Shown piece after piece: positions 24,999 to 32,000 of a stretch of 32,000 nucleotides of DNA (position 1 is its first letter; each line of letters opens with the position of its first letter). Below the pieces are notes generated by a model. The model ran no database searches and was not told the origin of the DNA. It was given only the letters and a program-made list of their open reading frames with translations. Position numbers and translations under genes: made by a program. This DNA is from an uncultured archaeon (GTDB lineage Archaea; Iainarchaeota; Iainarchaeia; Iainarchaeales; CSSED10-239), in assembly GCA_964463155.1 (NCBI GenBank), contig CAYXAY010000003.1, positions 1 through 32,000 of the forward strand, written 5' to 3'.

Positions 24999-25576
24999 TG
25001 AACTATACAAAAGAGATAATAAAAAAATACAAAAACAAGAAATTATTCACTACAAGAGACATCAGACTAAACTTTAAGATTAAGCCAAACTATCTTAACC
25101 TATTAATACATAATCTATTAAAACAAAAAAAAATAACAAAACTTGCAAAAGGAACATATACTTTTAGAGAAGAACTAGAAATAGTCGGATTTGCATATTT
25201 CCCTTTCTATTATGGATTACAAGACGCACTATCGTATCACGGACTTTGGAAACAAGAAACTATACCTGTAATTATAACCTCTAAAAAAATAAAACCAGGC
25301 ATAAGGCAAATAAACAACAATAACATATTACTAAGAAGAATAAACAGAAAATATCTGTTTGGAGTAGAGTATAAACAAATTAATGATATTGATATACCTA
25401 TTAGCGACATAGAAAAAACATTAATAGATTTGGTGTATTACAGACAACCAATAAATAAAGAAACAATAACTGAATTTAGAAAAAGAATAAACAAAGAAAA
25501 ACTAAATAACTATTTAGAAAAATACCCAGTTACTTTTAAAAAAAAGGCACTTACTAAAATCAATTTTTTGATTTAA
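24998..25576 (+). CDS. AbiEi-like winged-helix protein, pair 2 (downstream gene of the pair)
   Basis: 192 aa. The N-terminal wHTH ends in KGTYTF (LFTTRDIRLNFKIKPNYLNLLIHNLLKQKKITKLAKGTYTF). The C-terminal half resembles the other two AbiEi-like proteins (IEKTLIDL, compared with LEKTIFDC and KEKLFIDC). Confidence 0.62.
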   Translation: MNYTKEIIKKYKNKKLFTTRDIRLNFKIKPNYLNLLIHNLLKQKKITKLAKGTYTFREELEIVGFAYFPFYYGLQDALSYHGLWKQETIPVIITSKKIKPGIRQINNNNILLRRINRKYLFGVEYKQINDIDIPISDIEKTLIDLVYYRQPINKETITEFRKRINKEKLNNYLEKYPVTFKKKALTKINFLI

Positions 25577-25780
25577 AAGATTTTGCTTCACGACCGAATT
25601 GAATAGCAATTTAGAATGGGTTTATACAAGTAATATTGAAGAAATAAAACACGAATTAACTGATTTCCTGAAAACTGTTTTTTAAAAGATTTTAAAAATT
25701 ATTTTGAATATTAAAGTAAGACAGAATAGCCCTCCCCCCGATTATTGTATTAAATTATACAAAAAGGTATAATTCAGCGT

Positions 25781-26497
25781 ATGAAATGGGTTTATAAATG
25801 CATATATACTATAAGTATAAATATGGATTTAGCTAAACTTAAAAAATTAGCCATATTTACCAGTAAGGATTTAAAACTACACTACGGAATTAATTATCCA
25901 GAAATGTATATTTGTAGAAATAAAACAAAAATTATAACTATAGAGAAAGGAAAATATACACTTTGCAAAGACCCTTTTTGCTACGCTACACAAATTATTA
26001 ATCCATCATATATCTCTTTTCTATCTGCACTTAATTTTTACGGATATTCTACTCAAATACCACTAAAAATTACAGTCGCAGTAAAAAAACAAAAAAAAGA
26101 ATTAACGCAAATAAACTTCGTAAAAATAAACACAAATTACTTTTTTGGATATAATAAAATTAAATATGGAGATTTTGATTTATTTATTGCAGACAAAGAA
26201 AAGTTGTTTATTGATTGTTTAGCATATCAAAAACAAGTACAAGTAAATGATCTTGCCGGGCTATTAAAAGACAATTTAGATAAAAATAAACTGATCAAAT
26301 ATCTGAACAAAATCGGTAATCTTAATCTAATAAGAAGGGCGGGTTATCTTTTAGACATTATTGGAATAGACATTTACGATAACTACGCCAAAATTACTAA
26401 AATTAATAATTATATACTACTTAATAGAAATCTTAAAAAATCAAAGATATATAATAAGAAATGGAAATTAAATATAAATGAGGAGATTAATTTATGA
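25781..26497 (+). CDS. AbiEi-like winged-helix protein, pair 3
   Basis: 238 aa as given in the track. An alternative leaderless start at ATG 25823 (MDLAKLKKL...) gives 224 aa. The wHTH ends in KGKYTL, and the YISFLSALNFYG block is shared with pair 1 (YISFLSALRYYN). It overlaps the next gene by ATGA. Confidence 0.65.
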   Translation: MKWVYKCIYTISINMDLAKLKKLAIFTSKDLKLHYGINYPEMYICRNKTKIITIEKGKYTLCKDPFCYATQIINPSYISFLSALNFYGYSTQIPLKITVAVKKQKKELTQINFVKINTNYFFGYNKIKYGDFDLFIADKEKLFIDCLAYQKQVQVNDLAGLLKDNLDKNKLIKYLNKIGNLNLIRRAGYLLDIIGIDIYDNYAKITKINNYILLNRNLKKSKIYNKKWKLNINEEINL

Positions 26498-27252
26498 TAG
26501 ATATAAATGAATTAAAGGAATATCAAAAAAAATTAAACCTTAATCTAGGACAAACAGAAAAGAATTACATACATTCTGCGATTCTTTTTGCAATATCTAA
26601 ATTGTATCCTGAAAAATTTATATTCAAAGGGGGCACTTGCCTAATGTTGTGTTATAGTTTAGATAGATTTTCCGAAGCTCTTGACTTCACATTATTGGAA
26701 CCGAATTTGGACATAGATGTTTGTTTAAATCAAATAAAAGCATTTTTGCAAAATTATGATTTTATTATAGATTACAAAGTTGAAAAAAAAGAAAAATACG
26801 AAGACATCTTTGTTTATTTTTATGGCCCATTGTACAAACACACAAATAACACTAGATGTAAGATAGTACTTGATTTTTCTAACCGAAAAGATAATCTACT
26901 GCCTGGTATCCCGCGCCCTGTAAATCACATATATAGAGAATTTCCTTTGTTTTATGTAAACACATTAGATATAAATGAAATATTTGCTGAAAAAATTAGA
27001 GCAATCATAACTAGAAACAAAGCAAGAGACCTATTTGATTTATATTTTTTACTTAAAAAAGGAGCCAAGGCAGACATAGAATTAATCAATAAAAAATTAG
27101 ATGTTTATGGGTATAAATTTAATTTAAATAAATTAATTGAAGCAATAAACAATAAAGAAACAATATGGAAATCCGAATTGTCACAATTAATTATTAATGT
27201 CCCTGATTTTAAAACGGTGTCTACAGAAGTTATTACAAATCTTAAGAAATAA
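26494..27252 (+). CDS. AbiEii-like nucleotidyltransferase, pair 3 (variant metal-binding motif)
   Basis: 252 aa with a GAGGAG RBS. The signature reads FKGGTCLMLCYSLDRFSEALDF. The first Asp of the DxD seen in the two paralogues is Ala here. Confidence 0.78.
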   Translation: MIDINELKEYQKKLNLNLGQTEKNYIHSAILFAISKLYPEKFIFKGGTCLMLCYSLDRFSEALDFTLLEPNLDIDVCLNQIKAFLQNYDFIIDYKVEKKEKYEDIFVYFYGPLYKHTNNTRCKIVLDFSNRKDNLLPGIPRPVNHIYREFPLFYVNTLDINEIFAEKIRAIITRNKARDLFDLYFLLKKGAKADIELINKKLDVYGYKFNLNKLIEAINNKETIWKSELSQLIINVPDFKTVSTEVITNLKK

Positions 27253-27927
27253 CTATTTTCTTAGCTTTGCTAGTTCACTATTCTGCTTTCTTAAGTCATA
27301 TATCATCTGAGCATAGCCGTGAGTCATATCTGTTATTATTTGAGCGCTTTGCTGAAGATCATAGATAGTTACAACAAATTTATCTGGCTTTAATATCTCA
27401 ACAGAGGTTGCTCCATAAAAGTAAATAAGCCTAAATAATGCGTTTATTGAGTTACAGGATAATTCCGCAGAAATATATGTTGAAAATAGATCATCATGAA
27501 CAACAATCTCTGCAATATCTATATTATATATCAGATATTGCTCATCTTTCTTTAAAGCATCAGTTATCTGTTCCATTCCTTTCCTTAACTCTATCTTGTC
27601 GTTTGATTTAGACTCAATCAATAATGTTAGTTTTATTAGGTTTTTATCGTTTTCAGAAATCTTCTTTCTTTCTAGGAGCTTCTCCTTAATACCAGAAGCT
27701 AAGGAATACTTTACTGGGAACCCCTCTTTTGTTATTAGTTTTAAAAATAACATATTTTTTAGAACAGAGACTATCTGGTCATAATTAGCATTAGGTATTA
27801 GTTTTAATAGCTCGTCTTCAGTCTTTGGACTTTCAGACAAAGACTTACCTATTATTGCTTGCAGTTCCTGCATCTCTCTTGCTTCCTTTAGTTTTTGAGA
27901 CTCATGGTCTAGTTGTTTTTCTTCCAT
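27253..27927 (-). CDS. hypothetical protein with predicted winged-helix region
   Basis: 224 aa with an N-terminal coiled coil, a wHTH-like stretch (EDELLKLIPNANYDQIVSVLKNMLFLKLITKEGFPVKYSL) and an alpha/beta C-terminal half. I recognised no family. The TAG stop abuts the stop of the convergent pair-3 NTase. Confidence 0.5.
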   Translation of the reverse strand: MEEKQLDHESQKLKEAREMQELQAIIGKSLSESPKTEDELLKLIPNANYDQIVSVLKNMLFLKLITKEGFPVKYSLASGIKEKLLERKKISENDKNLIKLTLLIESKSNDKIELRKGMEQITDALKKDEQYLIYNIDIAEIVVHDDLFSTYISAELSCNSINALFRLIYFYGATSVEILKPDKFVVTIYDLQQSAQIITDMTHGYAQMIYDLRKQNSELAKLRK

Positions 27928-28004
27928 AGATTATCTTTTTTAGAAATTATATATAATTTGTGATTAAAAAAGTATTTAAAAGGGTTATAATATATTAAGG
28001 AGAG

Positions 28005-28238
28005 ATGAACTATCTGATATTGGTTATTGGAATAATACTAATTGCAATAACCATATAGCTTTTGGGGATATTAAAAAACACAGTATCAAACAGCATATTT
28101 CTGGCATTGGGCTTTCTTATATGTTAGTTTATCCCAGGGATAAAATTACCAATCTTTGTGACATTATTAGCGTCTGTAATCTTTGGACCTGCTGGTCTTG
28201 GTGTAATGTTTATATTATGGTTTTTTAAGATTGTTTAA
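28005..28238 (+). pseudogene. small hydrophobic ORF interrupted by two in-frame TAG codons
   Basis: An AAGGAGAG sequence immediately precedes ATG 28005. A single frame reads MNYLILVIGIILIAITI-TAG-LLGILKNTVSNSIFLALGFLIC-TAG-FIPGIKLPIFVTLLASVIFGPAGLGVMFILWFFKIV-TAA. The TAGs are at 28056-28058 and 28125-28127. All three segments are TM-like. Confidence 0.35.
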
Positions 28239-29672
28239 TAATTGCTTAGTACTTTCATAAATCACTAAATCAGCAGAATAGTTACTATAGTTTTCAATTT
28301 CCAAAGACGGCAGTTTAGGTAAACTCTTTAATTCAACAACATAAACATTCATTTTTGAACCTTTGTTTGCAACTAGTATTTGTAATTTTAGCGGTTTTGA
28401 ATATTCAAAACTACATATTTTTTCTTTTATAATTATTTGGTTAGAATTTAACCTCAATTCTTCATATATTTCTCGTGTTAATGCACCTTCATCAGTTTCA
28501 TTTTCTTCTATGCCGCCATGAATTATATCATAAAATGGGATTCTTTGTTTTTTAAATAAAATTAGCTCTCCATTATAATAACATAAAGCCCCGACCACTT
28601 TTCTAAATGGGAAATGATTAATTGCATTTCTAATAAATGACAACCGATATTGCATTGCTACACATTCAAAAGTAAACATATTACAATATGATTTTTGTTT
28701 ATTAAAATCATATTTGGCCAAAATCTCTCTTATATTAGAAATATAATTATAAAGAGCGTCCCAATTATTATACATTAGTATAAAATCCAGATACAATAGA
28801 TAGAAATACTCTTTGGCGATTACCGGTAATCCGTGATATATGTAATCAGTAATTGTTGCGCGTTCTGTAAGTGTACAATGAGTCGATATGCCGACATCTA
28901 TTTCATTAAAAAACTGATTGTAAGAATCTATGTTTTCATCTACAATTTCTATACAAATGTGACTGTCATTATATTTTTCTATATTGTTTTTATATTCTCT
29001 GCGATACGGGGTTTGTCTATCCTTACGTAAGAAAAATCTTGCTTTAATAACTATATTTTTATCAATAAATAATTCTTTATTTTTCTTTGAAAATTCAAAT
29101 AAATCTTCATAGGTCTTTGCTTTATGTAAAAAACCAACAATTCCTAAAATTATTTGTTTTTTATTTTTATAATCTATATTTTTATCTGTATAGTTTATCT
29201 CCTTTGCTGGCAATAATGGGGCAAAATTTCTGGGATATAACGGATTGTGTGTAATCTTTCGTTTTTCGCTCTCTGTAGTTATATATTCTATAATTTTGTT
29301 AAATTTAGATGTGTCTTTATTCAATACAGCCATTAATTTTTTAAAAACTTTTGGATCATTATGAACCGATACTGTATATGCTACTGATTTTGATTTTAAT
29401 AAATTTATTAGATTTAACAATGGAATACACCCAAAATTAACCCCAAAATACCCATAATCAAATTCTAAATGAACCAAATTTATCTTATTTTTAATAACAA
29501 AATCTAATAGTGTGTGATTTTCTGTGTCATATTCTGTTTCTGAAGGATATTCAGAATATTCTTTTTCAAATATGTCTATATCTGAAAAATATTTGCGTAT
29601 CGCAAAAATCATATTTTTAGAATGTACTCGCATACCAGATGGCATGTCTGGATAAACAAATAAAACATTCAT
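28215..29672 (-). CDS. GT-B-fold glycosyltransferase fused to a C-terminal NUDIX hydrolase domain
   Basis: 485 aa. The N-terminal two-thirds resemble GT4-type enzymes (MNVLFVYPDMPSG..., ILGIVGFLHKAKTYEDL..., TERATITDYIYHGLPVIAKE). The C-terminus has a NUDIX box GGIEENETDEGALTREIYEELRL, which fits Gx5Ex7REUxEExGU except for the last G. Confidence 0.75.
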   Translation of the reverse strand: MNVLFVYPDMPSGMRVHSKNMIFAIRKYFSDIDIFEKEYSEYPSETEYDTENHTLLDFVIKNKINLVHLEFDYGYFGVNFGCIPLLNLINLLKSKSVAYTVSVHNDPKVFKKLMAVLNKDTSKFNKIIEYITTESEKRKITHNPLYPRNFAPLLPAKEINYTDKNIDYKNKKQIILGIVGFLHKAKTYEDLFEFSKKNKELFIDKNIVIKARFFLRKDRQTPYRREYKNNIEKYNDSHICIEIVDENIDSYNQFFNEIDVGISTHCTLTERATITDYIYHGLPVIAKEYFYLLYLDFILMYNNWDALYNYISNIREILAKYDFNKQKSYCNMFTFECVAMQYRLSFIRNAINHFPFRKVVGALCYYNGELILFKKQRIPFYDIIHGGIEENETDEGALTREIYEELRLNSNQIIIKEKICSFEYSKPLKLQILVANKGSKMNVYVVELKSLPKLPSLEIENYSNYSADLVIYESTKQLLNNLKKP

Positions 29673-30229
29673 TTTATCTTCCTCTTATTTTTAAATAATT
29701 TTTTAACTAATTCATCACCGCTATTTTTAGAGTTGTTTTTATGAATAATGTCGCATTGTATTTTTGTCATCCCTAATTTCGATCTAATTGCATTAACTAA
29801 TGCTGTGCGGATCAATGCGTAGCGTTTATCTTTTAGATTTTCTCTTTTCATTAATCTCCTGACTCTTACATTTAAATCGGCAGTTAAATAAATCGTATAA
29901 CATTTAGAACCATACCGATCCCCAAAAAAAATTCTTGATGGCGTCTATTTCTAATTGATTATAGGCACTTTCTATACAAATTATATCGTTTTGGGAAATA
30001 ATTGGTTCTAAATTTTTAATAATACAATTTATTTTTTTTGTTGTAGAACCTTTCAAATATTTTTCTACAAATTTTGCAGCAGTTGGAATGCCGTGTTTTT
30101 CTCCTTCTTTCCTTAATATTGTACTTATGCTTATTAATACTGCACCAAACTCGGATTGTAATTTTTAGATATCGTGGTTTTACCTACGGCTGTTGGACCA
30201 TTAATAAAAAGAATTATTTTTTCTGACAT
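29669..30229 (-). pseudogene. P-loop nucleoside/nucleotide kinase-like gene with two frameshifts
   Basis: My hand translation gives three pieces. Piece 1 is MSEKIILFINGPTAVGKTTIS. After a shift near the A5 run, piece 2 is KLQSEFGAVLISISTILRKEGEKHGIPTAAKFVEKYLKG...IICIESAYNQLEIDAIKNFF. After a shift at the T8 run (29924-29931), piece 3 is GDRYGSKCYTIYLTADLNVRVRRLMKREN..., which is the track ORF 29669-29851. Its stop overlaps the glycosyltransferase ATG (ATGA). Confidence 0.6.
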
Positions 30230-30569
30230 TTTATCCCCCCTGAATAATGAGACAATATGTTAAAATAGATTTCCTTCGCACAATTATATAATTTGTTGAA
30301 ATCACTGTCTGGCATGTTTTTTTTATCCTTCTTTAAGTTCCATAATTTTTTTAAAAGTCGCGCATTTGTCGGCAGTCTTTTTTTAATGGCAGTTATTATG
30401 TCGTCATACTCTTCAACATACAAATTATAATTTAATAATATGTGCCTTCTCATTAAATTGGGTCGCTAAGAAAAACCACCTCTGCCCCCTTTTCTAATTG
30501 TAGCAAATTTAGTATGTGTCTACCAATTCTGCCCAATCCGCTTATTCCAATTCGTATAGGTTTTTGCAT
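30214..30569 (-). pseudogene. Rossmann-fold (Gfo/Idh/MocA-like) oxidoreductase N-terminal remnant with a frameshift
   Basis: ATG 30567-30569 gives MQKPIRIGISGLGRIGRHILNLLQLEKGAEVVFLSDPI-stop. A one-base shift continues into the track ORF 30214-30453 (..NLMRRHILLNYNLYVEEYDDIITAIKK..). After about 60 residues the similarity to dehydrogenases is lost. Confidence 0.4.
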
Positions 30570-30700
30570 ATCATGTCCTATTTAACGACCAGTATTCGTC
30601 AAAAATAAAAACAATCTACATAATAAGTAATATACAATGAATTAGATATATAAATCTTGTGCTTTAATTTTTTGTAAAAATGCAAAAACTTGTAAATTTA

Positions 30701-31564
30701 TTAGACATTACCAAGATAGATGGTCTCTAAACCTTTGTCTTTTGCTATCTTTTCAGCAAGTCTTAGAGTATCTAGTTTTGTTGGAATAATATCTGTTAAT
30801 CTATAATATGGAAAGGCCCTTGAGAAATGTAAAGGAATCTTAGGAGAAACAGAATAAACAAAATCCACTATCTCTTGAACATTTTCTTGTTTAGTGTTGT
30901 GGCCTTCAATCAATAAATTTGTTATCTCTATATGTATTTTGTTTTTGTGTATTGCTAGAATGTTATCTTTTATTTTATCTACATTTATTCCTTTAATCAA
31001 CTTATTATAAAACTCTTGATTGCCTTTTAGATCAACATTAATGGCATCAAGATATGGGGTTATATCATCTAATACCTCTTTAGACATATAGCCGTTACTT
31101 ACCCAGATGTTTTTTAGATTTTCCTTGTGAGCTAGTTTCATAATATCTAAAGCATAATCAACAAAGATTGTTGGCTCGGTATAGGTATAAGATATTGATG
31201 GGGTTTTGTATTTTTTTGCAAGAACTATTATCTCTTTTGGAGAAACTTCTAGCAGAGAATCTATATTAATATTTTTACAATTAGAAATTTCAAAATTTTG
31301 GCAAAAAGAGCAATCAAAATTACAGCCAGGAGTTCCAAAGGACAATGTTTTTGTGCGAGGTAAGAACTGAAAAAGCGGTTTTTTCTCTATTGGGTCAACA
31401 CAAACAGAAATTGGTTTACCATAAACCAAAGAAACTAGCTTATTGTTTTGATTTCTACGAACATTACAAAAGCCGGTTTTACCGTCCTCAATCAAACAAA
31501 ACCTATAGCAAGCAGTACATTGAATAGTTTTAGAATCAATTATCTTAAAATATTTTGAAAACAT
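30701..31564 (-). CDS. AmmeMemoRadiSam-type radical SAM enzyme
   Basis: 287 aa. The N-terminal Cys cluster reads CTACYRFCLIEDGKTGFCNVR, followed by DPIEKKPLFQF and the CNFDCSFCQN radical SAM CxxxCxxC motif. Confidence 0.85.
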   Translation of the reverse strand: MFSKYFKIIDSKTIQCTACYRFCLIEDGKTGFCNVRRNQNNKLVSLVYGKPISVCVDPIEKKPLFQFLPRTKTLSFGTPGCNFDCSFCQNFEISNCKNINIDSLLEVSPKEIIVLAKKYKTPSISYTYTEPTIFVDYALDIMKLAHKENLKNIWVSNGYMSKEVLDDITPYLDAINVDLKGNQEFYNKLIKGINVDKIKDNILAIHKNKIHIEITNLLIEGHNTKQENVQEIVDFVYSVSPKIPLHFSRAFPYYRLTDIIPTKLDTLRLAEKIAKDKGLETIYLGNV

Positions 31565-31600
31565 AAAAAAGAAAGAAAGGAAAAAGGTTATTTAAACCCT

Positions 31601-32000
31601 TTACTTCTTTTTAAAAAACAGGAAATAACCTGCTGTTCCAAGGATTAGCAAAGCAACAACTATTAAAGCTGTTGTACTTGCTGCGCCTCCTGGAAGCCCC
31701 AAGAAACCTGTTGCACCTGCTGTTGCAGCAGGAGCTGTTTCAGTTAATGCAGGGGTTGTAGTATCTGTTGGTGTTGGTTCTATTATTACCGCTGGTGGCA
31801 TTGTTGTAACGATTGGTGGGCTAATGATAGTATCTGGTGGCATTTCCGCAGTAACAACTGTTACTATTGGTTCAGGTGTTGGAATTACAGTTACTCTTGT
31901 GCCCCCGCCGCCACCTCCGCCAGTAGGGGTTATTACTATCTTTATTAAATTTTCTTGAGCAGCAACAATATTTGCAGTTGCAGTGTCAACTTCTGCTTGA
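31601..32000 (-). CDS. cell-surface protein, C-terminal fragment with T/P-rich stalk and membrane anchor (continues past window end)
   Basis: The frame is open from base 31999 (QAEVDTATANIVAAQENLIKIVITPTGGGGGGGTRVTVIPTPEPIVTVV...). The track starts it at an internal Met. It ends ...GFLGLPGGAASTTALIVVALLILGTAGYFLFFKKK, which is a TM helix plus a basic tail. Confidence 0.6.
   Translation of the reverse strand, partial: QAEVDTATANIVAAQENLIKIVITPTGGGGGGGTRVTVIPTPEPIVTVVTAEMPPDTIISPPIVTTMPPAVIIEPTPTDTTTPALTETAPAATAGATGFLGLPGGAASTTALIVVALLILGTAGYFLFFKKK

Noticed and set aside
25577-25690. Short open frame ending ...NLEWVYTSNIEEIKHELTDFLKTVF-TAA between AbiE pairs 2 and 3. An ATGGGTTTATA 11-mer is shared with the start region of the next gene.
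   Set aside because: It has no ATG or GTG start and is only about 37 codons long. It may be a C-terminal gene relic, but I cannot support a call.
25721-25745. Possible third copy of the GC-rich motif (AGACAGAATAGCCCTCCCCCCGATT) about 45 nt upstream of the pair-3 AbiEi-like gene.
   Set aside because: It aligns to copies A and B only with several gaps, which is too weak to call by eye.
194-27255. Genome-wide reassignment of TAG to a sense codon, prompted by three in-frame TAGs.
   Set aside because: TAG closes seven otherwise normal ORFs at sensible C-termini: the ORFs whose stops are at 194, 2034, 15332, 18497 and 27253, and those ending at 11548 and 11941. A global reassignment is therefore not supported by this window. 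Local pseudogenisation or limited read-through remains listed as a finding.
30701-31564. I looked for AMMECR1 and Memo partner genes next to the AmmeMemoRadiSam-type radical SAM gene.
   Set aside because: Neither partner is adjacent. The partners are frequently unlinked in archaea, so this is not noteworthy.
31601-31843. The track ORF treated as a complete 80-aa protein.
   Set aside because: The frame is open upstream to the window edge and encodes a continuous T/P/G-rich stalk, so it is annotated as a partial larger surface protein.

Overview
This is an AT-rich archaeal chromosomal segment. The gene content is topoisomerase VI, MCM, RPA, aIF-1A, aIF-2 beta, RIO kinase, a presenilin-type protease and an S-layer protein. 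Small, tightly packed genes suggest a DPANN-like or other small-genome archaeon, but that is inference only. Bases 1-10300 are a minus-strand housekeeping block. From about 10.3 kb the window turns accessory. It starts with a MazF-like toxin-antitoxin pair. Next is a 4.3-kb segment bracketed by two copies of a GC-rich 30-nt motif. That segment carries an orphan FlaI/VirB11-type ATPase with two small partner genes, and a DinD/BRO-N gene interrupted by an in-frame TAG. A defence-like island follows at 15.3-27.3 kb. It holds three AbiEi/AbiEii-like pairs and three COG1373-type ATPase paralogues (AAA plus a DUF4143 nuclease-like end) on both sides of the S-layer gene. The left flank of the island is punctuated by three copies of a 51-nt intergenic repeat, and palindrome-rich operator-like regions occur on both flanks. 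The last 4 kb holds a glycosyltransferase-NUDIX fusion, two decaying genes with frameshifts, a radical SAM enzyme and a partial surface protein. I recognised no rRNA, tRNA, CRISPR array, transposase or integrase. All family calls come from reading motifs by eye in the supplied translations and my own hand translations. No searches were run.
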